A stretch of DNA of 64,000 nt from Squalus acanthias (GCA_030390025.1 CM059427.1:62744001-62808000), one strand, 5' to 3'. Positions 1-14,155 are shown, numbered from the stretch's first letter. Notes: a model not told the origin generated them from the letters alone. Made by a program: numbers and translations.

Positions 1-249
1 CTGGTGGGACTAGCACGGATCTCACGCAAGCTAAAAGCGGTTTATTAGGATAGTGATCAGAAGCAGTCAATTTTCCCCTCCCGAGGCCAATTGTAGAGCT
101 CCAACCTCCACTTCAGCTGACCGTGTACTCAGCGCAGAAGGGAATTAGAATGTTTATGTTGCAATTTCCTCCAGCTAAACATTGAGAAGAGCAAAGACAG
201 CATCTTCAGCCCCCAACACAAACTCTGTACTCCTGTTACCAATTCCATT

Positions 250-965
250 CCCCTGATTTCCCCCCGCCCTCCCCACCCCCAGCTACTGCCTTAGGTTGAA
301 CCAGTTGTTGAATCAGATTGTTCACAACGTCAAGTCTATTCAACCCTGAGCTGAGCTTCTGACCCCACATCCTTTCCATTACAAAGACCAACTACTTCCA
401 CCGCTGTAACATTGCCCATCTCTGCCCAAACTCGACTATTCGAATGCCTCTTAGCTGGCTAGCCATCCTCAACTCTCCGTAAACTTCAGCTTATCCAAAA
501 CTCTGCTGTCTGTGTCCTTACTCACACTGTCCTTGCTGGCCCATGTTGGCTACAGGTCCCCAATGATTCCAATTTAAAATCCTCATCCTCATATTTAAAT
601 GTCTTCATGGTCTTGCATATCTCAATCTCTATAACCTCCCCCAGCCTTAAAATGCCCCCAAACTCTTCGTTCCTCCAACTCTGGCTTCCTGTGCATCCCC
701 CACCCTCCATAACCCCATTATTGGCAGTTGTGCCATCATCCGCCTGGGCTCTGTGGTCTCAAATTCCTCCTCTAAACCCTTCCACTACTCCACCTCCCTC
801 TCCTCCTTTAAGACTCTTCTCAAAACCCACCTCTTTGACCAAACGTTTGGTCATCCCTCCTTCTTTGGCTCAATGTCTATTTTTTAGGATTATGTATCTG
901 TCAAGCACTTTGGGATGTTTTTCTACGTTAAAGATGCTGTAGAAGTCAAGTTGCTGTTGTTGTTG
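250..965 (+). mobile_element. L2-clade LINE 3' fragment (old)
   Basis: Similar to the L2 copy at 30092-31369 (aaactctgctg..., cctctttgaccaa); ends in a (gtt)n tail. Confidence 0.75.
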
Positions 966-2060
966 TTTCTGGTCTGTTATGGACAATCCACACTCGTAAG
1001 TGGATTCACCAACTGAACCAAAATGGAACTAAATGTATGGTGGGTAAATTTAAAAAAAACTTTCGAATCTGACGAATAAATAATTTATGGTTTGGGATTC
1101 TAGTTTACTGTATTAAGAAGCATGTTTATATGGTGAACCAGGTCAGCAGAATTGTAACTGGAATATCTGTTCTCACAGTTACACCATCAGTTGCTATGTT
1201 GGTTTCCAAATGACTAGATACCACAATAGATCACTAGTGTCATTTGTGTGCCGTATTATACGCAAATTAACCTCAAAAAGCATTGGAATTTCAATCGAGA
1301 TTAATTTGATGTTCCCAGATGATGGCTGAGTTAAATTCTATTATCAGATGCATGTCAAATCCATTCTTTTAATGGGTTGGATCACTTCAGTTATTATTAC
1401 TGCACAATAATTCCTATTGTCCAAGTGTATCATCAAACTGGGATAAAATGGCATCATTTTGCATCGTGAAAATGGGTGTTGAGTCATGAAAGCACCATGT
1501 TCCTTGCATATCATGTCACCATGATGTGCAGCTCTCCCAGGCAGTTTTCCATCTCACAATACAAACTTCCTATTTTGTGTCCTAACCAAACATTATGAAT
1601 TGAAACAGTGAATTCAGAATCTATTACCAGCAAGGTGTTCTTCAACTTCCCTTAGTTTTAGATGAATCCATCTCCGTAAGAGCATGTGACACTTAACGTC
1701 TCAGCTTTCCTAAACTCACTGCTGCTACAGAGGCTGTCTGAATAGATCTTTGCTGTGAGCGAGTCAGCAACACTTTGGTGTCTAACTAAACACTGCTTCA
1801 ATTAAAGGTTAATAGTGTTGTACTGGTGACAGTCTGTGAATTTCGAGAGCTCCACTTTTCACATCCTGTCATTGTCTTTCTTACTTTAATATCAGGAAAT
1901 ACCTTAGATTTTAAAAGATCAGTAACAAATTCATAACATTTAACAGGCTCATCAGCTGATCTCTGTTACTGTTTAAAGGAAACTCCAAAAGCAAGGAATC
2001 AGCTCATAGTGAGCATCACCAGCTTGTAGTTATACTGCAGCCTGGTCCAAAGACAAAGTT

Positions 2061-2191
2061 CATAGAGTCATAGAAATTTACAGCACAGAAGGAGGCCATT
2101 CGGCCCATCTTGTCCATGCCAGCCGACAAAGAGCTATCCACCCTAATCCCACTTTCCAGCACTTGGTCTGTAGCCTTGTAGATTACGGCAC
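2061..2191 (-). mobile_element. CR1 LINE 3' end fragment
   Basis: catagagtcatagaa tail plus acagcacagaaggaggccattcggccc, the reverse complement of the CR1 3' UTR. Confidence 0.75.
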
Positions 2192-2967
2192 AAAGTTATA
2201 TGAGACTGTTTTCTCTTGGTAGTCTTGCACTGCTTGCCAGAATTCAATCTGGTTGATTTCACTCCTATGTTACAATACACATTTGTGTCAATGCAGAATC
2301 AAAACCACTTCACATTGGCACCACGGCACAATATAGCTGGTTTGCCAAAGATCAGTTCCCCTCATGAACAAGTTTGTGTTGAAGATATACAAACGTGTTA
2401 ATCTACTGTCTACTGCTAACATTGTCAACAGCAATTGTTAGAACAGGATAAATAATTGCAATAAAACAAAAATAAAAATCTCATGATAAATGGATGAGGG
2501 AAAGGAATTAAAATACATATTTACCATTTAAGAGAGTTCAAATGTGGGCATGCAGAAGCTTTAGCAAAGCTAAAAAATTCAGATTAAATAGTGGTGTGGT
2601 CAATTTTCAAGTAATGTCACTTGATCCCACTTGTCTATTTAATTTCCAAAGTCTTTCCTACTTTTTAATGTGTTAGATTGAAGAACTATAAATATGAAAG
2701 CTTTCAAGGAGACATTCTAAATTATCCATAACAGCTGCTGAGGGTGAAATCAAATTAAAGTTAGCAAACACCAATTCGTAAGTATAATATTGGTATTGTA
2801 TTGCACAACAATAATTTCAGCAAAAAACTTAAAATGCTTTAAATGACAACCACAATGACAACCAAGGTGCAGATCTTTAACAGTGCACATAGGATCCATG
2901 AGTTCTTTTGTAACTAACTGTCCATGTCAATCAAACATTGCTGTTCTCAGCAAGTAACCTTTCACCT

Positions 2968-3190
2968 TTATTTTATTATTCATTCGCGGGTTGTGGGCAT
3001 CGCTGGCAAGGCCGGTATTTGTCGCCCATCCCTAGTTGCTCTGGATTCCACTGAGCACCTTGCTCGACCTCTTCAGAGGGCAGTTAAGAGTCAACCATGT
3101 TGGTGTGCGACTGAAGTCACATATAGGCCAGACTGGGTAAGGGCGGCAGGTTTCCTTCCCTAAAGGACATTAGTGAACCAGTTGAGTTTA
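2968..3190 (-). mobile_element. tRNA-derived SINE (family B), partial
   Basis: Matches 62672-63080 (gggcagttaagagtcaacc...ttccttccctaaagga...agtgaacca). Confidence 0.7.
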
Positions 3191-3711
3191 CCATATGCCT
3201 TTATAAAACTGTGGATACTTTAAATAGGAATTCCTCCGAATATTCTGACGACTGTGAGGTAACCTAAAGTTACGTTGAATATGCCCTGACTGTTTGTATT
3301 AGTTGGCATCCTATTCATCTGAGTTGTCAAAATATATACAAGCAAGGGAGTAATATGTACGGTTTTGTGACTAATATTTAATCATACAAAATGATGGATT
3401 ATTGTTTGGATTAGCTGAAAGATTCAGAGTATGTGTAGGATGTGAATTTGTACCAATGTAACAAGCAGCATGAAACAGATAAAGGAGAAATATTTTACTG
3501 GAGGAAAAAGTGCTATTTCATTTCAGTTGAGATTTAGTAGAAATAGCAAAGTTGGAATGAAACAAAAGAATTTAGATTAACAATGGAATATGGAGGCTGG
3601 AATGTAAGATGCACTGACAGTTTATAAATCACCTGTCATTTGAAAGTCAGAGCAGACTACTCAGAGGAGATTAAATATGACAAGTATCTGTAGAATGAAT
3701 AAACAAACTGA

Positions 3712-4040
3712 TAGAATCATAGAGTGATACAGCACAGGAGGAGGCCTTGCGGCCCATTGTGTCTGTGAAAGAGCTATCCAATTAGTCCCCTTCCCCTGCT
3801 CTTTCCCCATAGCCCACCGAATGTTTCCTTTTCAAGTATTTATCCAATTCCCTTTTGAAAGTTATTCAATCTGCTTCCACCAGCATTTCCAGTCTTTGAT
3901 ATGGGTGTCTACACTCATTGAGATGTTGGCCACTTGTGGCATATCTGGCATATTAATCTTGAATTGCTCTAGCAAAGAGACGGCACAAACACAATGGGCA
4001 ATTGCCTCCTTCTGTGCTGCAAGATTCTATGGTTTCATGA
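3712..4040. mobile_element. Two opposed CR1 3' fragments (3712-3890 minus, 3895-4040 plus)
   Basis: atagaatcatagag tail at left; gcctccttctgtgctg...ttctatg 3' UTR at right. Confidence 0.6.
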
Positions 4041-4899
4041 ACTAATAAATTGGATGTGGCTTTCCACAGGGGACTGAAATATCAACTCACCCTCTTATCA
4101 TAATACTTGTGTCGTCCTCTCACGAGGAAACATGCTTGGCCAAAATCTGTTTCCTGTCTTTAACCTGCTGATATCAACAAACACGATTTTGTTCTTTTTG
4201 CCAATGATATTACCCTCCAAAGAATGGATGGCAAGCAACTACTGCAGGTAACTGTGAAGAGAATTGGACTGTAGTTGATCAAATGATGTAAAATCTTGGG
4301 TGCTGTGTAAACCATGATAATAACTCAGGCAAAAAAGATTGACTGTGATGTTGTTCAGTGAGCTTTATTCTGTAAGGTTACTGACCTCTCTGCACAAACA
4401 CTCAGTTCTTTGCTTTCGTAATCACATATAAACTATGTTGCAGTAAACAAGCCAGTGGAGGAGTGCTAATCCTCAGAAATCTCAGCCTGACTTTCACTGT
4501 AGTTAATTTGATCATAATTCTATGGTTTGATTATGATTAAAAAGGCAGGGTATCACTATAGTCGCCAATAACTTTCCTATTTTACGTCTATGGATGACCA
4601 TTTTCATACTATGCCTGTTGTATGGAATTGTTAGGAATGTGAATTTTGTAATATTATAAACAAAGGCTGCAGTGCTGTGCTTATGTGCCAAGAATGAGTT
4701 CAAAAACTGTGTCAAACACTTGGATGTTTATTAAAGGTTAAATGAACAGACATACCCACAGCCAGTACTCAGATTACATAAAATGCTGCTGCAGAAGGAC
4801 GCACGTTTACAACCAGTTGAGCTCAACCTTCCAGATCTCTTCCTTCCCTTTCATCTTCCTCAACCTCACATTACAATTTGGCCATTTTTATACATTTCA

Positions 4900-5700
4900 T
4901 TCTGAGAGGGATTGACAGGGTAGATGCGGAGAGGTTGTTTTCCCCTGGCTGGAGAGTCTAGAACTAGGGGGCATAGTCTCAGGATAGGGGGTCGGCCATT
5001 TAAGACTGAGTTGAGGAGAAATTTCTTCACTCAGAGGGTTGTGAATCTTTGGAATTCTCTGCCCCAGGGGGCTGTGGAGGCTCAATCATTGAGTATATTC
5101 AAGACAGAGATCGATAGATTTTTGGACTCTAAAGGGATATGGAAAGAAAGAAAGACTTGCATTTATATAGCGCTTTTCACGACCACCAGACATCTCAAAG
5201 CGCTTTACAGCCAATGAAGTACTTTTGGAGTGTAGTCACTGTTGTAATGTGGGAAATGTGGCAGCCAATCTGCACACAGCAAACTCCCACAAACAGCAAT
5301 GTGATAATGACCAGATAATCTGTTTTAGTTATGTTGGTTGAGGGATAAATATTGGACAGGACAACAGGGATAACACCCCTGCTCTTCTTCGAAATAATGC
5401 CATGAGATCTTTTACGTCCTCCTGAGAGAGCAAAAGATGGCACCTCCGACAGTGCAGCACTCCCTCAGCACTGCACTGGAGTGTCAGCCTAGCTTTATGT
5501 GCTCAAGTCCCTGGAGTGGGACTTGAACCCACAAATTTCTGACTCCGAGGCGAGTGTGCTACCAAGTGAGCCACAGCTGACAGATCGGTCGGGAAAGGGG
5601 ACTTGAGGTCGAAGATCAGTTATGATCTTATTGAATGGCGGAGCAGGCTGGAGGGGTCGTATGGCCTACTCCTGCTCATATTTTATGTTCTTATGTTCTA
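4900..5700 (+). mobile_element. CR1 LINE 3' fragment interrupted by a SINE
   Basis: ORF 4924-5217 ESRTRGHSLRI...RRNFFTQRVVNLWNSLP is the CR1 ORF2 C-terminus; 3' UTR with (ttatgttc)n resumes after 5581. Confidence 0.9.
5143..5581 (-). mobile_element. Deu-domain tRNA-SINE (SacSINE1-like)
   Basis: Reverse complement of 60075-60522; tRNA-like A/B boxes and (cttt)n tail. Confidence 0.85.
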
Positions 5701-5708
5701 ATGACATT

Positions 5709-5878
5709 GGGACAGATTTTGTGGTAAAAATAACAGTGAGACTAACAGCGCTCACCATTATTAACGTGTAAATCGGACAGCAACTTCCAATGCCAAAACC
5801 ATATAAAGTCAATGGGCAAGTGCAAGTGTAATGAATGGTTGGCGCCATTCATTCACCACTGACCACAAAATCCAGCCC
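5709..5878. mobile_element. PIF/Harbinger-type MITE, 170 bp
   Basis: TIR gggacagattttgtggt / accacaaaatccagccc; TSD ATT on both sides. Confidence 0.75.
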
Positions 5879-6139
5879 ATTATTTCACATGATCTTGGAT
5901 GCACTTTGTACCAATTCTCATCAGTCTTTATCAAGAAGTTCCTGGTTCTCTAAGCAGCCATCCCTTAAGGCTTTCTTTCTGTTGTCTTCTGGTCTCAAAG
6001 CTGTATAGAAAACATTAGTGGTTAGTGTTAGCAAGGCATAAAAGGGAGCTGAATCTAAGCGAATCTAAATGTAAAGATGTGCAAGCTGGCCTCGAAGAAG
6101 ACTAGCTAACTGTTATACGGACATACTTTTGCAGTAATT

Positions 6140-6658
6140 TATTGGCAGGATAGGCGCACCAACGTCAGTGTTCTCACTCAGGCCAACATCCCCAGCATTG
6201 AAGCTTTGACCACGCTCGATCAGCTCCGATGGACGGGCCACATCGTCCGCATGCCCAATACGAGACTCCCAAAACAAGCGCTCTATTCGGAACTCCGACA
6301 CGGCAAGAGAGCCCCAGGTGGGCAGAGGAAACGTTTCAAGGACACCCTCAAAGCCTCCTTGAAAAAGTGCAACATCCCCACCGACACCTGGGAATCCCTG
6401 GCCCAAGACCGCACAAAGTGGAGGAGAAGCATCCGGGAAGGTGCCGAACACCTCGAGTCTCTTCACCGGGAGCAAGCGGAAGCCAAGCGCAAATAGCGGA
6501 AGGAGCGCACGTCAACCCAAGCACCCCACCCACCCGCCCCTTCAACCACTGTCTGCCCCACCTGTGACAGAGACTGTAGGTCCCGCATTGGACTCATTTT
6601 TAGTGTGGGAGCAAGTCATCCTCGGTTCTGAGGGACTGCCTAAGAAGAAGAAGAAGAT
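6140..6658 (+). mobile_element. RTE-clade LINE 3' fragment
   Basis: ORF 6206-6496 QLRWTGHIVRMPNTRLPKQALYSEL...GGQRKRFKDTLK; (aag)n tail. Confidence 0.9.
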
Positions 6659-8503
6659 TTCAGTCTTAGATTGTTAACTATAGAGCTTAATATAAACTGG
6701 AACTTAATATAAATTAATTACTTTCATACAAAATGGATGTAAACAAAACAAAACATAAAAACAGAAGAACTTTTACGAAGAGGAAATTCTAATAGTCCAT
6801 CCATTTGTGGACCAATTTCTGTCTTCCATATCTCTCAATCCCTCACTGTCATAGAATAATAACGATGTGTATTGGGAGTCAGTGGTTTACAACTTTTTGG
6901 CAAAGACTGAACACAATTGGATCATTTTTACATGTTTTATCCATAGAAATTTGAATTAATTTCACTCTTATTTCAAATGTATGATTGCTGTGGTTGTAGT
7001 GTTATTCACCAAGCATATTCTGGCAATAAGCCATGTTAGGCTGCTCTAATAAGACCAAGTGGAACAATAAACTTACTCCACAGCTTCGGTGGCAATACAA
7101 ATACATGGGTCAATCAGTAGGAGCTGAGCGAATGGGTTTGTTACATTTGTATAGGTGATTTGAACTGTACAATGGTGACTGCTTGCTATGCCTTCAGCTT
7201 ATCCTTTGTTGGACATTGGATCAAATTCAATCCAGACAGAGGTAATTCTCCAAGGACTATTAAAGGTCAAAAACAAGATGATTTTAGGTAGTCCTATTCT
7301 CGTTCCCAGTAGAGATGATCTGATATCATAATACTATACCACATTCAACACCAGCAGACACTAATCATTCATAGGGACTGCTCAAATAGATAATGTGGAG
7401 AATGAAAATGTCACACTGATGCCATTGATACTTTTTTTTCCCCTAGTCTGAGTTTAAGCGTATTAACAGTATAAATTGATATGTATTTACCAATAACAAT
7501 AATACCAGTAAAGGAACACCAAATAGTAAGAAAACTGAAATGGAAAACTAACATCCTGCAATTGTTGTTAACGAAAAACCATTACTGATAAAAACAGATT
7601 AACTAGTAAATCTTGCTGAATTTATAGTGTCATTCAATCTTTAGCGCATGGACAGGTAATGGGTGGGGGAAGCTGTAAATTGCATTTGACCTTTCCCATA
7701 TCTGACATAAATATGCTAATGAGGCCACAAGGTCTCTTTTGCAGCATCACTCACTTTCATCGGCATCTCTAAGAAATTCAACAGCACTAGGGGCTGAAAT
7801 CTTACCAGGGATTATTTAGGTTTATGACAGTCTGTCAAGTCGTTGCATCAGTAAGCATGTTTAAAATAATTAAAATATCCATGTTTTATTCTATTACACA
7901 AATAATTAAAACACAGAGTGCAGTCAATACTTTCCAGTAGGTTTGCTTTTTATCTGCGAGTTCTCCATTTAAGACGGATATATGAAATTGTTAGTGAAAT
8001 CTAATCCGTCATATTTGTCACCTTCACAGTAAGAAAATTACAGCAATTAATTTCAAGAAAATGAGAGATGCAAATATCAATTTTCATAATGGATGACTCA
8101 TGTCCTTTATCAGACAAATTAAATTGCTTCATCCCAAATGAAGGACATCTTCTGAGCCATCTGTCTTAAATAAATATGCAATCACTGAAAGTCTGACCTT
8201 CACATCACAATTAAAACTCAAATCCTACACTTCCTCTGAGTCTCATTCAAATGCTATCTAAATGTTGTGTACCTCGCCCTGTCTTTCAGTTCACCAGCAT
8301 TTTAGTCCACATGGACTCCTTCAGCCTTTCTTTGCACCTGCTTGACTCTTCTCTAACATAGCCTTGGCCCGTCTCCAATTCTGATCTCTGACTTGTTCAT
8401 CCTTTCTTAACCCTTTGAGCCTGTCATAGGAATTTCATATAATCCCAAAATAAAACATCTCCAGTCAACCATATTATTTCCCTTGATTACTATATTTTGT
8501 TTT

Positions 8504-8630
8504 AGAAACATAGAAACATAGAATCTAGGAGCAGGAGTAGGCCATTCGGCCCGTCGAGCCTGCTCCGCCATTCAATACGATCATGGCTGATCATCCAAAT
8601 CCAGTACCCTGTCCCTGTTTTAATCCCCAC
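8504..8630 (-). mobile_element. CR1 3' end fragment
   Basis: (tagaaaca)n tail plus ggagcaggagtaggccattcggccc. Confidence 0.8.
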
Positions 8631-8730
8631 AGTTTCATGGTATCTATTAGCATTTGGGAACATTTAACATGAATATGACAAAAAAAGGTGTTTGCAATGA
8701 ACAATAGAAGCCCCTTCTATTAGAGTTAAT

Positions 8731-9436
8731 GGGGGGAAAATTGGGTTGCTTTGCGCCTCCCATTAGTGCCCCAAGGCGCTAACGGGACGCAAAGCAACTA
8801 GTGCCCAGGCGCGGCGCCACGAACGCCTCCTGCGAAATTCAACGGGAGGTTAGCAGCAACAGTAGCCGGTAGCGCCCCATGGCGCTGCGCCTCCGGCAAT
8901 GATGTCATCGCCGTGCGCAGCGCCCCGCTCGTGCCCCCTGGCCTACCGCCAGACGATATGTCCGACAGGGTCAGGGTGGTGTTTTTGCGGCCGCGACGGC
9001 GCTAATGAAAGGGCAGGTGCCGGGAGGCCATTTTTTTTGGGGCCGCCTGCCAGCACCTGCCTCCTTTCGCCTCCTCATGCGGGGTGCCGGCCACGATTGG
9101 TCAGCCTGGCACTCCTCTTGAGTGCCGGGCTCTTTTCCCGGCACCCCACTCCCCGGTGGTCCAGCAGGGCCCTGGTGCGCACTGTGCTAGGCCCCTCCCC
9201 TTTAATCAGGGGAGCCAGCTCTGTACCGACGTGCGTGGCGCTGTTGCACATAGCGCCGCGATATTGAATGGTAGCGCCCCAAGAGGGAGGGCGAGCGCTT
9301 CCAGTAGCGCCCCCCCTCCTGCTTGGAGCGCTACCACTTAATTTACGGCGCGGAGGCGCTAACTTTTTTGGGGCACTAAAAGTAGCGCCCTGGCGAAGTT
9401 AGCGCCCCAAAGGGGGCACGACCGAATTTTTCCCCC
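8731..9436. mobile_element. GC-rich PIF/Harbinger-type MITE
   Basis: Ends ggggggaaaatt / aatttttccccc; TSD AAT; many subterminal tagcgcc/ggcgcta motifs. Confidence 0.75.
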
Positions 9437-10069
9437 AATAAATCTTTCATAGGCTGATACCCTATTTGGATCTTTTACATTCCCTTGTTGTGCTGTCTCT
9501 ACTATTAATTTGGCTTCATAAAATTAACATCAGGGGATTGATTTATAGTGCTATTTTATTCTGCAGTTAGAAACGACAATGGTGGACAATAGAACTTGTT
9601 TCTACTTTGAATCAAACACCAAAAATGATTATAGTATAGTTTTATGAACTAATCACCTTTCCTGCAAAACTTTAGTTTAGTCTGGCTGAGCCACAACCAA
9701 GTTTTACTGAGCTTGATCAATTTTCTTTTGAAAAATTAGAGCTTTCATTTGTCACCAAGAAATATGAACCTGTTCCTATTAAGGAAGTTGGTGTAAATCC
9801 TGCTTTGCACCAGTATTTTAGGCTCCGGCACAGTAAATGTTATGGGTTGCGTCCAGTACCGTTGGTAAAATAAACATGAAGATTCAAACTGCTGCTGGTT
9901 TGATAACCCTATCAAGCCAACTCACGCTTGGCAGAGATCAGGTTTAGATTCTGAGCTCTTCACTGGACAACCCCACCCCAAAGATCAGAAGAGCACCCCT
10001 AACTATACCAGCATATTTTCATCTCTTAAATCAAACTGCAGCATGAGCTTTCTCAGTGAGATAATACAG

Positions 10070-10735
10070 AGGATAAGAGAGGGATAATGAAAGTAAGGGG
10101 GGATTATGAGGGCATAATCTCAAAAAATGTTAACAAAGAATAGCAAAGTATTCTACAAATGTAGCAGTAAAAATAGAATTATTAAATGTATTTGGGAGCT
10201 CTGAGAGGAGAGGATAATGAGTTAGTAGAGGACAACAGAAATTTGCAAGGATAGATAACAAGTACAACACATCAGTGTTTACAAAAGAGAAGGATACGGG
10301 GGAGGAGGTAAATCCTGAATTAGTTAAAATGCAAATGAGAGATTTTACAATAAATAAGAGGAAACTATTAGAGAAGTTAGTTAAGCTAAAGGATGAGAAG
10401 GTGACAAGACCTGATGGGATATATCCAAGGATCCTGAGGAAAACGGGGGAAGAATTTGCACAGCTCCTATAAATAATATTTCAGGGTTCCATTGAGAGTT
10501 GATATGTACTAGAGGCATGAGGAATGGACAAGGTAATAGTCAAACCGGGAGATAGAGCTAACCCGGGTAATTATAGGCAAATTAGTTTAACATCTGTGGT
10601 AGGGAAAAATTTGAAATCTTCAATCAAAGGTGAAATACTCAATATCTTTTTGAAGATAAAATAATTAGAAGCAGCTAGCAGAAAGGAAGATCGTGCTTGA
10701 CAAATCTGATTCAGTTCTTTGAGGAGGTAAAAAAT
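10070..10735 (+). mobile_element. Old, degraded CR1 ORF2 fragment
   Basis: ORF 10275-10472 VFTKE...LKDEKVTRPDGIYPRILR; downstream NYRQISLTSVVGK and CLTNLIQFFEEV. Confidence 0.8.
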
Positions 10736-10777
10736 GAAAGGATGTCTCAAAACACTTCATAGCCAATGAAGCACTTT

Positions 10778-11365
10778 AAAAAAATATATTTATTAATTCA
10801 TGGGATGTGGGCGTCACTGGCAAGGCCAGCATTTATTCCCCTTCCCTAATTGCCCTTGAGAAGGTGGTGGTGAGCCGCCTTCTTCAACCGCTGCAGTCCA
10901 TGTGGCGAAGGTACTCCCACAGTGCTGTTAGGGAGGGAGATCCTCGATTTTGACCCAGCGACATTGAAGGAATGGTGATATATTTCCAAGTCAGGATGGT
11001 GTGTGACTTGAAGGGTAACAGGAGGTGGTGGTGTTCCCATGCGCCTGCAGCTCTTGTCCTTCTAGATGGTATAGGTCGCAGGGTTGGGAGGTGCTGTCAA
11101 AGAAACCTTGGCGAGTTGCTGCAGTGCATCCTGTAAATGGTACACACTGCAGCCACAGTACGCCAGAGGCAGAGGGAGTGACTGTTTACAGTGGTGGAAT
11201 GGGTACTAATCAAGCAGGCTGCTTTGTCCCAGATGGTGTCGAGCTTCTTGAGTGTTGTTTGAGCTGCACTCATCCAGGCAAGTGGAGAGTATTCCGTCAC
11301 ACTCCTGACTTGTGCCTTGTAGATGGTGGAAAGGCTTTGGGGAGTCAGGAGGTGAGTCACTGTTG
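10778..11365 (-). mobile_element. CR1-group LINE 3' fragment (a distinct family)
   Basis: ORF 11097-11360 LSTIYKAQVRSVTEYSPLAW is an RT C-terminal region; 3' tail shared with SINE family B. Confidence 0.8.
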
Positions 11366-11834
11366 TAGTTGGAAGATTTGCCCATCATTGTCTTAGGAGG
11401 TATGCCTGCAGCTCACCAACCTTATTTACCACGCTTTGGGCATTTACACACATGCTGTCTAAACCCATCTTAGTCTGCCTAACATTTCCCCCTGTCTGAT
11501 CCCTCCTATTTCTGAACTACTCTTTATTCTAATGCTGTTTGTCTCTCCCAATCCTCTGTGCATCTTGTATCTAATGCTTCATCCAGGTGCCCCTCTCCCT
11601 GCCAAATTAGCTTAAACTCTCCAAGGATATGGAAGTGTAAGTTGGCGATTTTTGCGATGAGGAGGATATGGGGTCAGAAGGATACCAAGATTGCAAACAG
11701 TCTGGTTTATCCTGAGAAAGCGGCCGGGGAGGGGAATGGAGTCGGTGGCGAGGTAACAGAGTTTAACAGAGGGTAAATGACCCATAGTGATGTGCATTGT
11801 GAAATCTGTGGTGCACTTGAATTGTCCTCTCCCG

Positions 11835-11950
11835 TCTGTGATACATTACAATGGTTACTACACTTCAAAAGTACTTAATTGGCTGTACAGTGCATTGGGA
11901 CGTCCTGAGGTCGTGAAAGGTGCTATATAAAAGCATGTCTTTTCTTTCTT
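11835..11950 (+). mobile_element. SacSINE1-like 3' tail fragment
   Basis: actacacttcaaaagtacttaattggctg...gtcgtgaaaggtgctatata. Confidence 0.7.
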
Positions 11951-12805
11951 ACATATGTTTTTTAAAACTCCATTGCATAATTTTGTACTAGCTTCTCAGT
12001 AAGCAGCAATGCCAGAATGTCAGACATGTATTTTTAATTGGCATTTATGCCTTGCAAAACAAATTCCTGGCAACACAGACCATTTAACGTAATCTTTAAT
12101 ATTCTGTCATTTCTTTTGTAGTGTTGGTTGGTGGCACAATGAATTGAGCAAAAAGCTGTGTGCATTTTATTGATATCAGGCTTTGCAAATTACCAGTAAT
12201 TACATTTCGCAGGTTTCATCTACTGATATCTGTTGAGAATAAAAGTCTCCAATCATGCAACGAAACCCTGAAGGACTTTGATGAATTTGTGCAAGCACAT
12301 TTTGACACCCAAATATTCTCTTTAGTTAAGCAGCACAAATTCTACTACTCCGTTCTTGCAGTAGGGTAGCAGAATTCAACATGAAAATGCCAAACCGTGA
12401 ATAGTTAAAACTATAGTGTTCCTATTCTCAGCTACCTATAGGTACACTACAATTATTACTTGGCAATTGCAGGTCAATTTCATCAATTTAAATTCAGACA
12501 GATGGTGACTATTCTTTACTCAGCCTGAAATAGGAGCAGGGTCATCCCTAAGCTGATGACTGGTAGAACGAGTAAATAAAAATGATCAGGGTAAAGTAAT
12601 TGCAACCAAGCAGACAATCTTCTTCTCAAAGTTTGAATCTGTGATTCAGACACAGAGAAAAGGATAATGAGGTTAAACGCAGTGCCCGGATTTATACAGT
12701 GAGAAATAATACAATCTAATTTTCTTCTGTAGTTATTTAAAGAAAACCTTATGGCAGAAATTAATTTGAACAGCTCTGTACGTGTTGCTAAGTTTCCATT
12801 TAGAA

Positions 12806-13475
12806 AGAACATAAGAACATAAGAAATAGGAGCAGGAGTAGGCCACACGGCCCCTCGAGCCCACTCCGCCATTCAATAAGATCATGGCTGAACTTTTACA
12901 TCAACTCCACTATCCCTATATCCCTTGATTCCCTTGGTGCCTAAAAATCTATCGATCTCAGTCTTGAATATACTCATCGACTGAGCCTCCATAGCCCCCT
13001 CGGGTAGAGAATTCAAAAGATTCACAACCCTCTGAGTGAAGAAATTTCTCCTCATCTCAATCCTAAATGCTGACCCACTTCTCTTGAGACTATGACCCCT
13101 AGTTCTAGACTCTCCAGCCAGGGGAAACAGCCTCTCAGCCTGTCAAGCCCTCTAAGAATTTTATACATTTCAATGAGATCACCTCTCATTCTTCTAAGCG
13201 CCAGAGAATATAGGCCCGTTCTACTCAATCTCTCCTCACAGGACAATCCGCCCATCCCAGGAATCAATCTAGTGAACGTTTGTTGCTCCCCCTCTAAGAC
13301 AAGTATTTTGTTCTTTAGTTAAGGAGACCAAAACTGTACACAGTACTCCAGGTGTGGTTTCACCAAAGCCCTATATAATTATTTGCAGCAAGACTTCCTT
13401 ACTCTTATACGGCAAACCCCTTATAATAGAGGCTAACATACCATTTGCCTTCCTAATTGCTTGCTGTAACTGCAT
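12806..13475 (-). mobile_element. CR1 LINE 3' fragment
   Basis: (aagaacat)n tail; ORF 13052-13267 MIPGMGGLSCEERLSRTGLYSL. Confidence 0.9.
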
Positions 13476-13551
13476 AGGAAGGTTTATTATCTGAATCATG
13501 TTAAATAAGAGCAGCCACCATATTAAATCAAATTCACTTCCTGCAAGAAGA

Positions 13552-14030
13552 AGAACATAGGAACATAGGAACAGGAGTAGGCCATTCAGCCCCTCGAGCC
13601 TGTTCCACCATTCAATGAGATCATGGCTGATCTGCGACCTAACTCCATAGACCCGCCTTTGGTCCATATCCTTTAATACCTTTAGTTAACAAAAAGCTAT
13701 TAATCTCCAATTTAAAATTAACAATTGATCTAGCATCAATTGCCATTTGCAGAAGAGAGTGCCAAAATTCGACCACCCTTTGTGTGTAGAAGTGTTTCCT
13801 AATTTCACTCCTGAAAGGTCTGGTTCTAATTTTTAGACTATGCTCCCTAGTCCTAGAGTCTCCAACCAGCGGAAATAGTTTCTCTCTATCTACCCTATCT
13901 GTTCCCCTTAATATCTTGAAAACTTCGATCAGACCACCCCTTAACCTTTTGAATTCTAGGGAATACAACCCTAATTTGTGTAATCTCTCATTGTAACTTA
14001 ACCCTTGAAGTCCGGGTATCATTCTGGTGA
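13552..14030 (-). mobile_element. CR1 LINE 3' fragment
   Basis: ORF 13639-14043 MIPGLQGLSYNERLHKLGLYSLE; (aggaacat)n tail. Confidence 0.9.
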
Positions 14031-14155
14031 TACAATGATCCATGATTTTAAGATATAGGTAGAAGTAGATTATTTTCTTTAAGGTATGGTAACAGAGTGC
14101 AAAATTCTAAACTCTCAAACAAAATGGGAGAGTAGAATAAATTACCGTATATAAT

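Noticed and set aside
8731-9436. CpG island or host promoter, with ORFs 8899-9267 and 9084-9341
   Set aside because: Bounded by TIRs and an AAT TSD, so it is a MITE
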